From Candidatus Omnitrophota bacterium (GTDB lineage: Bacteria; Omnitrophota; Gorgyraeia; Gygaellales; Profunditerraquicolaceae), in assembly GCA_025453445.1 (NCBI GenBank), contig JALOQJ010000002.1, forward strand, positions 6,249 to 70,248: a DNA stretch of 64,000 nucleotides, written 5' to 3'. Position 1 is the first letter of the stretch. Every line of letters begins with the position of its first letter. Shown one piece after another: positions 9,711-19,888 of the stretch. Below the pieces are notes generated by a model, which saw only the letters and a list, made by a program, of their open reading frames with translations, did not search any database and was not told the origin of the DNA. The position numbers and the translations under genes are program-made.

Positions 9711-11562
9711 GAATTTTCTTTAAGTAAACCATTAATATCGAAATCGCAGCCGGCGTAACCCCTGAGATACGTGATGCCTGCCCTAAATTAAGCGGTTTAA
9801 ATTTATCTAACTTTTCCTTAATTTCCCGGGAAAGCCCGTTGACTTGTCTGTAATCTAAATTTAAAGGCAGGCGGATTTTTTCCAGATTCTTAAAGCGCTC
9901 CACCTCTTTTAGCTGCCTTTCTATAAACCCAGCATATTTTACCTCAATTTCCACCTGCTTCAAAGCAATTTCAGATAATGGAAAATTATTCTTGCTGATT
10001 TTTTTTAGCTCCTTGATGCTCACTTGCGGCCTTCTTAAGATTTCTTCCAGTGTAGCCGGTTTTTTTATTGCCGCAGTACCCAATGCCTCAAGGCCTTGAT
10101 TAATTTCTTCTGTTGGCTTCAAGCGCTGAATTTTAAGAAAATTTATTCCTTTTTTAATTGCTTCTTTTTTCGCCTCAACTTTTACAAAATCTCGTTTGTG
10201 CACCAGCCCCAGTTTAAAACCAAGCTCGCTTAAACGTAAATCAGCGTTATCTTCTCTAATAATCAGGCGGTATTCAACGCGGGAAGTAAACATCCGATAT
10301 GGCTCAGCAGTGCCTTTTGTGGTTAAATCATCAATTAAAACTCCAATATAGCTACTTGCACGATCAAGAATAAAAGGCTCTTTATTTTTTGCCCGTAAGC
10401 TGGCGTTAATACCGGCAATCAAGCCTTGCGCTGCAGCTTCTTCATAACCGGTTGTACCGTTAATTTGGCCGGCTAAATACAAATTTTTAATTAACTTTGT
10501 TTCCAGTGTCGGATAAATCTGCGTCGGCTCAATCACATCATGCTCAATACCATAGCCAAAACGAATTACCTTTGCTTTTTCAAGGCCTTCTATAGAATGA
10601 ATTATATCAAGCTGCACTTTTTCCGGAAGGCTGGTCGATAAACCATTAGGATAAATTGAATTTGTTTTTAAGCCCTCAGGCTCTAAAAATACCTGATGCC
10701 TCGCTCGATCGGAAAATTTCACTACTTTATCTTCTATAGAAGGGCAATAGCGCACGCCAGTGGCTTTAATAATCCCGGCATAAAGCGGAGATTGATCAAG
10801 GTTTTTGCGGATAATTTCATGCGTATTTGGATTTGTATAAGTGATAGCACAGGGAACTTGTTTTTGCCTGATGCGTTTAGTTAAAAAAGAAAATGGCTGA
10901 GCCGGAATGTCTCCACCTTGCAGGGATAATTTTGCAAAATCAATCGTATTTTTATCCAGGCGCGCACAAGTTCCGGTTTTAAAACGCAGGATATTAAATC
11001 CCAGCTGCTTCAGCTGCTCAGGCAAACCTTTTACTGCCGGCTCATCAATCCTGCCTGCCTCAAAATGTTTTAAGCCAAGATGTATTAAACCGTTAAAAAA
11101 AGTCCCGCAGGCAATAACTACGCAAGTAGAATGAATCTCTTCTTTTCTAGATGTAATAACGCCTTTAACGGTATTGCCTTTGATAATCAAACTATCAACA
11201 GTTGCTTCTTTTATGACAAGATTTTTCTGATCTTTCAAGGTACGTTGCATATATTTGGCATAGAACGCCATATCAATTTGCGCTCTGGATGATTGCACTG
11301 CCGCACCCTTAGAAGCATTTAAAATCCTAAATTGTATTCCGCAGGCATCTGCAGCCTGCGCCATTTCACCGCCCAAAGCATCAATTTCTTTTACTAACTG
11401 GCCTTTGCCTACGCCGCCGATAGCAGGATTACAACTCATCAGGCCTATAGTTTCTTTCTTGAGGGTCAAGATTAAAACCTTACAGCCCATGCGCGCCGAG
11501 GCTAATGCCGCCTCAATTCCTGCATGGCCAGCGCCAATAACTATAACATCGTAATTATTCAT
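9703..11562 (-). CDS. mnmG: tRNA uridine 5-carboxymethylaminomethyl modification enzyme MnmG (GidA)
   Basis: MNNYDVIVIGAGHAGIEAALASARMG FAD-binding N-terminus, 619 aa, full-length GidA architecture. Confidence 0.9.
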   Translation of the reverse strand: MNNYDVIVIGAGHAGIEAALASARMGCKVLILTLKKETIGLMSCNPAIGGVGKGQLVKEIDALGGEMAQAADACGIQFRILNASKGAAVQSSRAQIDMAFYAKYMQRTLKDQKNLVIKEATVDSLIIKGNTVKGVITSRKEEIHSTCVVIACGTFFNGLIHLGLKHFEAGRIDEPAVKGLPEQLKQLGFNILRFKTGTCARLDKNTIDFAKLSLQGGDIPAQPFSFLTKRIRQKQVPCAITYTNPNTHEIIRKNLDQSPLYAGIIKATGVRYCPSIEDKVVKFSDRARHQVFLEPEGLKTNSIYPNGLSTSLPEKVQLDIIHSIEGLEKAKVIRFGYGIEHDVIEPTQIYPTLETKLIKNLYLAGQINGTTGYEEAAAQGLIAGINASLRAKNKEPFILDRASSYIGVLIDDLTTKGTAEPYRMFTSRVEYRLIIREDNADLRLSELGFKLGLVHKRDFVKVEAKKEAIKKGINFLKIQRLKPTEEINQGLEALGTAAIKKPATLEEILRRPQVSIKELKKISKNNFPLSEIALKQVEIEVKYAGFIERQLKEVERFKNLEKIRLPLNLDYRQVNGLSREIKEKLDKFKPLNLGQASRISGVTPAAISILMVYLKKIHG

Positions 11563-11568
11563 ATTTAA

Positions 11569-11604
11569 TCAGGGACGGTTCTCAACTCAAGGCAGAAGTG
11601 TCCC
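11569..11604 (+). repeat. REP element (left flank of RAYT)
   Basis: tcaGGGACGGTTCTCAActcaaggcAGAAGTGTCCC matches the REP unit at 4771-4850. Confidence 0.6.
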
Positions 11605-11672
11605 TTAATCTCTTCAATTTTTCAAAATTCTTTGTTAGAAATTCAAGATTTAATCGTCTATTTATATAGGAG

Positions 11673-12158
11673 GTGATAGATATGCCTAGAGTAGCAAGGA
11701 TTACTATCGAGAATGCTTATTATCATGTTATCACAAGAGGCAATCAAAAACAATTGGTTTTCATGGAACAGAGTGATTACGACAAATATTTATTAATATT
11801 AAAAAAGTATAAGAAAAAATATAACTTTAAACTATACGCCTTTTGTTTAATGCCAAACCACGTTCATCTGATCCTAGAGATTAAGAATCCTAAGCATGTA
11901 AGCAAAATTATGAAATGCTTGAATTTAAGTTATACCTTATACTTTAATTTAAAATATAAAAAAGTTGGACATCTTTGGCAGGACAGGTTTAAAAGCAAGA
12001 TTATCGAAGATGGTACATATTTATTAGAATGCATAAACTATATCGAGACTAACCCCATAAGAGCCTCTTTGGTACCTCATTTAACAGCTTATCAATGGAG
12101 TAGTTATAATTATAGAGGTACCAATAATGAAATACTAGACCGATTGTTTGCTCTTTAG
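11673..12158 (+). mobile_element. tnpA: IS200/IS605-family Y1 transposase of the REP-associated (RAYT / TnpA_REP) type
   Basis: 161 aa with an HuH motif (MPNHVHLILE) and a catalytic Tyr region (YQWSSYNY). Flanked by inverted REP copies rather than IS ends. Confidence 0.8.
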
Positions 12159-12196
12159 GGGGACACTTCCCGAACGGATTGAGAACCGTCCCTGGT
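12158..12196 (-). repeat. REP element (right flank of RAYT, inverted)
   Basis: Reverse complement reads CCAGGGACGGTTCTCAAtccgttcgGGAAGTGTCCCCC. Confidence 0.6.
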
Positions 12197-13479
12197 TAAG
12201 ATTGGGCTGTCTTTACAAGCAAGGACATTATTTCCCGTCCGAGAATTGCTCCCAGCGATCCTTTGGCAGCGGCTTTTTCGGAAAAACTTAAACTGCCATC
12301 AGGCTTAACATTGCCGCCCGAAATTAAAAGCGGAACAGGATCTGCAGAATGGGCTTTAATTGCGCAAACTGTAGAATGATCAGCAGTAACTGCTATAAGC
12401 GTATTCTTTATATCAAGGTTCGCCAGAAGATTAGTGAAGAAATATTTGTCAATTGCCTCGATGCTTTCTTTTTTCTTCTGAAAATTCCCGTCGTGAGCCG
12501 GCTCATCCGGGCCTTTGATATGTATGTAAATACCATCGTAATTCTTAATTGAATCCAAAGCAATTTTTGCCCAAACAGGATAATCCACATCCACATGGCC
12601 CGTAGAAGAAGGCACATCAATAATCTCAATTCCGGTTAAAAGGGCAATGCCTTTTTCCACCGGCATCTCGACAAACGAGCCGAATTTCATATTTAATACA
12701 GCCTTAATCTGGGGGAATTTCGGAAGATGATCCCCGGCATCGCGCGACAAAATTACATTAGCAGGGAGTTTTCCTTCAGAAATTCTTTTTTTATTTATTG
12801 CTGACTCATTTAATATTTTATTGGACTTAACGGTAAATTCATTTAAGGCTACTGCAGCTGCCTTTGCCTCCAGCAAATTTTCATAACCCGCCATAGGCAC
12901 TGATTCAACAACGAATTTATCAAACTTTTCCAAAGCTACTCCAAAAACACCTTCTCTGCCGTATGCAGGATCAGTATTAGTAATCCATCCGGATAATTTA
13001 TTATGCATCCCCCGGATTACCAGCACACCGCGATGGCCAATGGTATTTTTAAATTCAAAAGTAGCATTAGTCAGGGTAACTTTAGAATTAATTTCTTTGG
13101 AAAGATTTGTTGCTTCTTCAGTCGTCAGATTCCGGCCTACCCTACGGTCTTTAATCGTGCGGCCGTCATCTTCAACAGTGGCAAAATTTACCCGAAAAGC
13201 AACATCGCCGTCATGGATATCCAAGCCTTCGGCAAAACTTTCCAAGGGGCCGCGGCCAGTATAATATTTATGCGCGTCATACCCTAAGAGGCTGATTACA
13301 GCAATATCTGATTCCGGAGCAATGCCAATTTCGACCGGATAAACAATGCCGGTTTTGCCCTGCTGTGCAAGGCGGTCCAAGTTAGGCGTTAAAGCAGCCT
13401 CCAGCGGCGTCTTATTGTTTAATTCTTTAAGCGGTAAATCTCCCAACCCGTCAAGAACGATATAAAGTATTTTTTTCAT
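12196..13479 (-). CDS. apgM: 2,3-bisphosphoglycerate-independent phosphoglycerate mutase, archaeal-type (ApgM family)
   Basis: MKKILYIVLDGLGDLP... metalloenzyme-domain N-terminus, 427 aa, typical of ApgM-type iPGM. Confidence 0.75.
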   Translation of the reverse strand: MKKILYIVLDGLGDLPLKELNNKTPLEAALTPNLDRLAQQGKTGIVYPVEIGIAPESDIAVISLLGYDAHKYYTGRGPLESFAEGLDIHDGDVAFRVNFATVEDDGRTIKDRRVGRNLTTEEATNLSKEINSKVTLTNATFEFKNTIGHRGVLVIRGMHNKLSGWITNTDPAYGREGVFGVALEKFDKFVVESVPMAGYENLLEAKAAAVALNEFTVKSNKILNESAINKKRISEGKLPANVILSRDAGDHLPKFPQIKAVLNMKFGSFVEMPVEKGIALLTGIEIIDVPSSTGHVDVDYPVWAKIALDSIKNYDGIYIHIKGPDEPAHDGNFQKKKESIEAIDKYFFTNLLANLDIKNTLIAVTADHSTVCAIKAHSADPVPLLISGGNVKPDGSLSFSEKAAAKGSLGAILGREIMSLLVKTAQS

Positions 13480-13493
13480 AATTTATCCTATCT

Positions 13494-15779
13494 TTAACAC
13501 TTTGAATAACCGCAATGGCACTTAACACAACCTTCTTCATGCCGGAGTGTACCGCCACAATCAGGGCAAACTCCCACGATATCTCCGCGCGTCGAGGCAT
13601 TAAGCGGTTCTTCATGTGAATGCTTCATCGCGCCTATTGATGCTTCGATTTCAGCCTCACTTAACTTAGCAGTATTTAGCAGGCGTTTCTCAATTACCCT
13701 GGCAATCGCATCAGCACAAGAAAATATGCGCTGGCCCTTTTCCCATGAGGGACTGGGGCAGCGGATATTACGCAGCTGCTCGATAATGGATTTTACTTCT
13801 ATTCCGGAACGAAAACCTAAAGACACCAACCTGCCGATAGCCTCAAGCTGCGATGCAGCACAGCCGCCAGCCTTACCCATCTGGGTAAAAAGTTCAAACG
13901 GCCTTTCCTGTTCATCTACATTTATTGTGACATATAAATTACCGCAGCCTGTAGCAACTTTAGTAGTAGTGCCTGTAATTACTTCCGGCCGCGGCCGAGG
14001 AATAATTTTTCCCGGCTCAGAATTATTCTGCTGCCCGGGTTTTGCATCTTTAGTCCCGACATTCAAAACCTGCTCCTCGCGGCTATTATCACGGTAAATC
14101 GTCAGGCCTTTACAGTCTAAATCATAAGCCAAAAGATACGCTTTTTTTACATCTTCTATCGTCGCATCATGAGGGAAATTAATCGTTTTTGAAGTAGCAT
14201 TATGGACATATTTCTGAAATGCCGCTTGCATTTTAACATGCCATTCAGGCGCGATATCATGCGCAGTGACAAAAGCTCTTTTCATCTCTTGCGGGATTTC
14301 TTCGATATCTTTTAAGGAGGTGCCTTCGGCGATTTTCTCCATCAACGCGCGGCTGTAAATTCCTTTTTCCTTGGCAGCTGCTTCAAATAACGGCTCAACC
14401 TCTACCAACTTATCATTATCCATGACATTACGGTAATATGAAATGGCAAACAAAGGCTCTATACCAGAAGAGCATGGCCCGGCGATAATGCTGATTGTGC
14501 CGGTGGGCGCGATAGTAGTCAATGTAGCATTGCGCAGCCTAAGCCCTCCCTCTTTTAAATCATATATACTTCCTGTAAATGCTGGGAATACTCCTTTTTC
14601 CTGCGCTAAGCTTTGTGACTCCTTGGTTGCTTCTTCTAAAATAAAAGACATTACTTTTTCCGCCAGGGCAACCGCTTCCTCTGAATTATAAGCTATGCCT
14701 AAACGAATCAGCATGCTCGCCCAGCCCATTACCCCAAGCCCGATTTTGCGCGTTGCCTTTGTAGCTTCCTCTATCTGCGGTAAGGGAAATTTATTTACAT
14801 CTATCAGGTTGTCAAGAAAACGCACTGCAAGGTGTGTAACTTTCTTTAATCTCTCCCAGTCTACTTCACAGCGTCGAGTTCCGGTTGTTTTACAAAGTTT
14901 ATCTAAATTAATCGAACCCAAATCACAGCTCTCATAAGGCAGGAGCGGCTGCTCACCGCAAGGATTAGTACTTTCAATCTCACCTAATTTCGGCGTAGGA
15001 TTATACTGATTAATCCGGTCGATAAAAATAACCCCCGGCTCGCCGTTCTTATGCGCCTGCTTGACGATTAAATCAAATACTTCTTTTGTATTAAGACGGT
15101 TTACTATTTTCCTTGAGCGCGGCTCGACAACATCATAATCCGTACTTTCTTTATATTTGCGCATGAACTCGTCGGTAATCGCCACGGAAATATTAAAATT
15201 ATTGATTTGCTTATTATCTTCTTTGCAGGTAATGAATTCCATAATATCCGGATGATCAACGCGCAAAATACCCATATTCGCCCCGCGGCGTGTCCCGCCC
15301 TGCTTGACTGCTTCGGTCGCCGAATCATAAACCTTCATAAAAGAAACAGGGCCTGAAGCAACCCCGCCGGTAGTCTTAACTACGGAATTTTTCGGGCGCA
15401 GCCTAGAAAATGAAAAACCCGTGCCTCCACCGCTCTTATGAATCATTGCTGTTGCCTTTAAAGTCTCAAAAATTGACTCCATAGAATCGCCGATAGGCAA
15501 AGTAAAACAGGCGCTTAATTGGCCAAGGTCGCGGCCGGCATTCATTAAACACGGCGAGTTCGGAATGAATTCCAGTGCCGTCATGATCTCGAAAAAAGAC
15601 TGCTCTATTGCAGCGATTTCTTTTTCGCTCTTGCCATAGGCTTTGTCTGCCGAAGCAATCGCATTAGCCACCCTGCGAAACATTTCTTCGGGCGTTTCTA
15701 CAATTTTCCCGGATTCATCTTTTTTGAGATACCGCCTTTCCAGCACTTTCATTGCGTTGTCCGATAGTTTCAGCGTCAT
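13494..15779 (-). CDS. nrdJ: class II (adenosylcobalamin-dependent) ribonucleotide reductase NrdJ with C-terminal Zn-ribbon
   Basis: 761 aa. RNR barrel motifs (NPCGEQPL, thiyl-radical Cys region) and a terminal CPDCGGT...CVKCHCG Zn-ribbon. Confidence 0.85.
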   Translation of the reverse strand: MTLKLSDNAMKVLERRYLKKDESGKIVETPEEMFRRVANAIASADKAYGKSEKEIAAIEQSFFEIMTALEFIPNSPCLMNAGRDLGQLSACFTLPIGDSMESIFETLKATAMIHKSGGGTGFSFSRLRPKNSVVKTTGGVASGPVSFMKVYDSATEAVKQGGTRRGANMGILRVDHPDIMEFITCKEDNKQINNFNISVAITDEFMRKYKESTDYDVVEPRSRKIVNRLNTKEVFDLIVKQAHKNGEPGVIFIDRINQYNPTPKLGEIESTNPCGEQPLLPYESCDLGSINLDKLCKTTGTRRCEVDWERLKKVTHLAVRFLDNLIDVNKFPLPQIEEATKATRKIGLGVMGWASMLIRLGIAYNSEEAVALAEKVMSFILEEATKESQSLAQEKGVFPAFTGSIYDLKEGGLRLRNATLTTIAPTGTISIIAGPCSSGIEPLFAISYYRNVMDNDKLVEVEPLFEAAAKEKGIYSRALMEKIAEGTSLKDIEEIPQEMKRAFVTAHDIAPEWHVKMQAAFQKYVHNATSKTINFPHDATIEDVKKAYLLAYDLDCKGLTIYRDNSREEQVLNVGTKDAKPGQQNNSEPGKIIPRPRPEVITGTTTKVATGCGNLYVTINVDEQERPFELFTQMGKAGGCAASQLEAIGRLVSLGFRSGIEVKSIIEQLRNIRCPSPSWEKGQRIFSCADAIARVIEKRLLNTAKLSEAEIEASIGAMKHSHEEPLNASTRGDIVGVCPDCGGTLRHEEGCVKCHCGYSKC

Positions 15780-15864
15780 CTTGGCACTCCGAGTTAAAAT
15801 GTTAGTAAGATTATTTTATAGTTATCAAAGTATAACACCGGCAAAATTTTCTGTCAACAAAAAA

Positions 15865-15911
15865 ATACAATATGTAGTATGCCGATTATTTTTATATACC
15901 ATAAATTGTAT
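15865..15911. promoter_or_regulatory. candidate tandem NrdR boxes upstream of nrdJ
   Basis: atacaatatgtagtat (15865-15880) and ataccataaattgtat (15896-15911) resemble the acaCwAtATaTwGtgt consensus. Their centres are 31 bp apart. They lie 85-130 bp upstream of the nrdJ start. Confidence 0.3.
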
Positions 15912-15927
15912 TAAAGCTAATTACCCT

Positions 15928-16956
15928 TTAAACAGCGGCGGGGGGTTTGGCAGACTCCCTGATAATTAATTCTGTCGGCAGAACAACTTTTTTTGCTGCC
16001 TCATTTTTTTTATCGTTCATCAAAGAATTTAATCTTTCTAAACCCATCTGTGCCATCTTCACCAGCGGCTGCCTTACCGTAGTGAGCGCTACCGGGCCGT
16101 AAAGCCCTGAAGGATTGTCATCAAAACCTACAATCGAAAGATCGCCGGGAATATTCCGGCCCATTTCTTTTGCTACTGCCATAACTTCCAGTGCCATCGA
16201 GTCTGATGCCACAAATACCGCAGTCGGCGCATCCTGTATTTTCAATAATGCCTCAGCTGCCTGCCGCGCCTGCCCTCTTGAGTAATCTGTTTTAATAATA
16301 TAATCTTCGCGCAACGGAATATTATTTTTCTTTAATGCCTGTTTATAACCTTCAAGGCGCTGCATTGCTGCCTGAGTAATAACATCTCCGGAAATGTGGC
16401 CGATTTTTTTATGGCCTAAATTTACCAGGTACTGCACTGCATCTTCTGCGCCCTTAGCATTATCTATAGCAATATAATTTACTTCCGGGCCCTCAATACA
16501 ATGATTAATCACAACCATGGGTATTCTATTTTTTAATGCTTCGTCGAATTGTTTGCGGTTGCCGATAATATCGGCAAAAATCACCCCGCTTGCGCCTCTT
16601 AAATTAAGTATGGCAGAACTATCCGTAAGATGCAGCAATAAATCTATTTTTAGCACTTCGCAGAGTGTCCCGATTCCCCGGATTAATTCCAGAAGATAAA
16701 AAGAATAGAACATCCCTTCGTAACGCGGCACGACCAAGGCTACTGTATTGCTCCTGCCGGTAGCCAAACGCTGAGCCAGTATTGAAGGCTGAAAATCAAG
16801 CTGCTTAACCGCATCAGCAACCTTCGAGCGGTTCTTGTCTTTTACTGAAGGTAATTTATTGATTACGCGGGAAACTGTAGCAACTGACACACCGGCAAGC
16901 CGGGCAACGTCTTCGATGGAAACAACGCGGGATGAGGCTTTTTTAGTACGCACCAT
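15928..16956 (-). CDS. LacI-family transcriptional regulator
   Basis: N-terminal HTH (VSIEDVARLAGVSVATVSRVIN) plus a periplasmic-binding-fold sugar domain. Confidence 0.8.
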   Translation of the reverse strand: MVRTKKASSRVVSIEDVARLAGVSVATVSRVINKLPSVKDKNRSKVADAVKQLDFQPSILAQRLATGRSNTVALVVPRYEGMFYSFYLLELIRGIGTLCEVLKIDLLLHLTDSSAILNLRGASGVIFADIIGNRKQFDEALKNRIPMVVINHCIEGPEVNYIAIDNAKGAEDAVQYLVNLGHKKIGHISGDVITQAAMQRLEGYKQALKKNNIPLREDYIIKTDYSRGQARQAAEALLKIQDAPTAVFVASDSMALEVMAVAKEMGRNIPGDLSIVGFDDNPSGLYGPVALTTVRQPLVKMAQMGLERLNSLMNDKKNEAAKKVVLPTELIIRESAKPPAAV

Positions 16957-16987
16957 GGAATAGAAAAACGGCTTTTATAAAGCTGCT

Positions 16988-18142
16988 TTAGCGGGATACG
17001 CTATCGCCTATCTGTATCGGGGAAATTTCTTTTTTAATATCGCAGGCAGAGATTGCTTTACGCACCTGAATAACCTCTACCGTAGCAATTACATTGCTGC
17101 CTCTGGTGATGTTAAAAGCATTGCCAATTTTGATGCCGGCATCCTGCCCGGCGTCAATAACCACAAAATTATTTTCTTTATTTATTGCCAGAACCCTGCC
17201 TGTGGCACTAACAGCTCCGGTGCCTGCTGATTCTTTCTGCGGCCGCACAACTATCGTGGGCAGCTCTACGGATGAATTTCTCAAGCCGTCATCAGCAGTT
17301 ACTACAGCAGACGTCTGTTTCTTTAAACTATCTATCTGCAGCAACCTATCCTTCAATAGCACATCCATTTCGCTGAATCTTTTTTCAAAACGTGCGTTGT
17401 CTTCCTGCAAACCCTGGATTTTTTTATCCAGGTTAACTTTACGGCTGGACAAATTCTTCAGCTGCCTTCTTAAAACCAGATTTTCATTCTTTAACGCCCG
17501 GAAAGTATCAGTTATCTGCGACTTATCGTTCTTTTCCCCTACTAACTCTAAAGTAACGTTATCAACTATCTTCTGATTATAAACCAGCTGTTTCTGACTG
17601 TATTCCAGCTGGCGCTTCAGATCCTGCCTTTCAAAGCCAAGATTATTGATTTCTACCTCTAAAGAACTCTTCTCCCGCTGCAGTTGCTCGTTATTTATTT
17701 GTAGTGTTTTTAATTCGGACTTTATATTATCTAACTGCAATTCCAGCGTAGTCTTGGTTTTTAAAATTCCCGCCCAATAGCTATCTTGCGGCTCAAAAGA
17801 AGCTGGTTCGCTTTTGGCCACAGACTTGAATTGCAGCGATTTCACGCGCTCTTCCAGTTCATCTTTAAGCTTAGTTAAAGCATCATATTTAACCTGAATA
17901 TCTTCCTTCTCTTTGCCGGCCTTTTCCAGGTCCTTAGTCAGCAGCCCGGCTTTTTCGTCGAGACGCTGATAATCCCGGGAAACCTTATCTAATTTTTCAT
18001 TTAAACCGGTGTTTTCCTTGCTCAACCGTTCTTTTTCCCGCTGAATCGCTGCTTTCGAATTAAGAGTTTGTAAATTTGTAAAAATACTTATTACCAGAAA
18101 AGCAATCAGGCCGATAATAATAAATTTTATTTTCTGCTCCAT
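16988..18142 (-). CDS. membrane-anchored coiled-coil protein with C-terminal SAF/FlgA-like beta domain (hypothetical)
   Basis: N-terminal TM, ~250 aa of heptad-rich coiled coil, then a C-terminal beta-rich domain. Function unknown. Confidence 0.45.
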   Translation of the reverse strand: MEQKIKFIIIGLIAFLVISIFTNLQTLNSKAAIQREKERLSKENTGLNEKLDKVSRDYQRLDEKAGLLTKDLEKAGKEKEDIQVKYDALTKLKDELEERVKSLQFKSVAKSEPASFEPQDSYWAGILKTKTTLELQLDNIKSELKTLQINNEQLQREKSSLEVEINNLGFERQDLKRQLEYSQKQLVYNQKIVDNVTLELVGEKNDKSQITDTFRALKNENLVLRRQLKNLSSRKVNLDKKIQGLQEDNARFEKRFSEMDVLLKDRLLQIDSLKKQTSAVVTADDGLRNSSVELPTIVVRPQKESAGTGAVSATGRVLAINKENNFVVIDAGQDAGIKIGNAFNITRGSNVIATVEVIQVRKAISACDIKKEISPIQIGDSVSR

Positions 18143-18151
18143 TACCCCTCC

Positions 18152-19393
18152 TTACAATAACCGGGCGAAGACCTTCTGCATTACCAGGCTTGCCGCGCCC
18201 TGCGCCACTGCGTTCTCACGTAATTGAGAATAAATAATCTCCAGGTCCTGAGTTGTTTCCCTGAAAGCCCAGTCCCTGACAGTGGAATTTACTTTATTCA
18301 AAAACTCATCTCCCGCCTCTTCCATGCCGCCGCCGATAATCACTATCTGCGGGTTAAGTAAATTCGCCAGGGATGCGATTTTTATCCCCAGCCTTTTAGC
18401 CGCCATTTCCAGCGCTGCGCCGGCAATCGGATCCTGGGCGCGGTTAGCAATAAAAACGCTCTTTAAATCTACGTTGTTAATATTACTTGCGGTTAATTTG
18501 AAAAAATTGGCTGCAGCAGTTTTATCCTTGGCCAATAAAGATTTAACGTCACCGGTAATACCCAAATCCAATTCCCAGCGCTTTAAGAAACAATCTTTGC
18601 CTGCCTCGCAGTTAAAAGCATCCTGCTCTTTAAAATTATAAACCGCTACTTCTCCGGCATAACCTTGAGTTCCGGTATAGACCTCGCCGTTAATCATAAT
18701 CCCGCAGCCTACACCGGAAAACATATAAATCACATTTTTATATTCGCGTTTTAAATCCAGCCAATGTTCGCCGAAACAGGCAGCTGTAGCGTCATTCTCA
18801 ATTAATGTAGGAAGATTAAATTCATTTTCGATAAGGTTCTTTAATGGGAGGTCAACCGAGGCATAGGCATAATAATGATCCATCTTCTGCGGCCAATGAA
18901 TAGAGCCGTCTTTTTTGTTCACCAGGCCTGCAATCCCTACTCCTATACCTTTTATGTTATTGGTGTATTCTTTCGAACGCCGCAATATCTCCCGGACAAT
19001 TTCCAGCACGCATTCAGTGATATCTTTTACCGATGCCTTAGGCCGGGCGATCTGGGTCTTGGTAATAATATTGCCCTTAAGATCAACCAAAAGCCCAACC
19101 ATATTCATCAGGTTAAGGCCTACGCCGATTACATAGCCGGCGCGCTGGTTTAAATCCAATAACGTCGGCCGCCTGCCGCCTTCGGAAATATCCAATTCCT
19201 TCTCGTAAACCAACTTATGCTTTATAAAGTCATCGATATAATTGGAAATAGTCACCACATTTATGCCTATTTCCTTGGCGATTTCCGGCCTGCTCACCGG
19301 CCCGCGCCTCCTTAATATATCAAGGATATTAACATTGCGCTTCTCTTTCTCGTTCAATTCTTCTTTTTTAAAATCTGCTGTATGCATGCTCAA
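18152..19393 (-). CDS. ROK-family transcriptional regulator (NagC/XylR-like)
   Basis: N-terminal winged HTH followed by an ROK sugar-kinase fold with glycine-rich ATPase-like motifs (GIGVGIAGLV). Confidence 0.75.
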   Translation of the reverse strand: MSMHTADFKKEELNEKEKRNVNILDILRRRGPVSRPEIAKEIGINVVTISNYIDDFIKHKLVYEKELDISEGGRRPTLLDLNQRAGYVIGVGLNLMNMVGLLVDLKGNIITKTQIARPKASVKDITECVLEIVREILRRSKEYTNNIKGIGVGIAGLVNKKDGSIHWPQKMDHYYAYASVDLPLKNLIENEFNLPTLIENDATAACFGEHWLDLKREYKNVIYMFSGVGCGIMINGEVYTGTQGYAGEVAVYNFKEQDAFNCEAGKDCFLKRWELDLGITGDVKSLLAKDKTAAANFFKLTASNINNVDLKSVFIANRAQDPIAGAALEMAAKRLGIKIASLANLLNPQIVIIGGGMEEAGDEFLNKVNSTVRDWAFRETTQDLEIIYSQLRENAVAQGAASLVMQKVFARLL

Positions 19394-19489
19394 TTATCCC
19401 GCTTAATAAAACTATTTTTATTGTTTTATTTATACTACCAAAGCAGCCACAAGTCAAGTATTTTTAATTATTAAGCGGCAAAAAAAATG

Positions 19490-19690
19490 GCTTGACAAAA
19501 TTATTCACTATATTAATATATACTCAGCTATATTAAGCTATATCATTATATAGTGCGTTATATTAAGGTATATTAAAGTATAGTAATAATTTTTTACTTG
19601 ACAAATATAATTAATATAGTACCATATACCTAAATACATCAGATTATAGTGCTCTATATTAAGGTATAGTAAGGTATATTAAAGTATATT
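19490..19690 (+). promoter_or_regulatory. AT-rich control region with two TTGACA -35 elements and two copies of a ~25-bp direct repeat (TATATTAAGGTATA-N-TAARGTAT)
   Basis: TTGACA at 19492 and 19598. Repeats at ~19557-19585 and ~19650-19690. Lies upstream of the HTH gene and the pilN-pilM operon. Confidence 0.35.
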
Positions 19691-19692
19691 AA

Positions 19693-19881
19693 ATGGACGA
19701 AAAGTTTATTACAACTAAAGATGTCATAAAAAGGGTGGGAATTTCGCGCTCTACCCTTTTCTTATGGATTTGGAACAATAAAGTGCCTGAAGTAAAAAAA
19801 GACCGCAATGGCCACAGGATATTTACTAAAGAAGACGTAGATAGAATCTTAAGTTATAAAAATAAATTAATATTACCTTAA
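19693..19881 (+). CDS. small helix-turn-helix DNA-binding protein (MerR/AlpA-excisionase-like)
   Basis: 62 aa. TTKDVIKRVGISRSTLFLWI HTH followed by a basic tail. Confidence 0.5.
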   Translation: MDEKFITTKDVIKRVGISRSTLFLWIWNNKVPEVKKDRNGHRIFTKEDVDRILSYKNKLILP

Positions 19882-19888
19882 AAAGACT

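Noticed and set aside
19557-19690. Direct repeats in the AT-rich region, considered as a CRISPR array
   Set aside because: Only two repeat copies are present, the spacers are irregular and the region is promoter-like AT-rich DNA. No cas genes are nearby.
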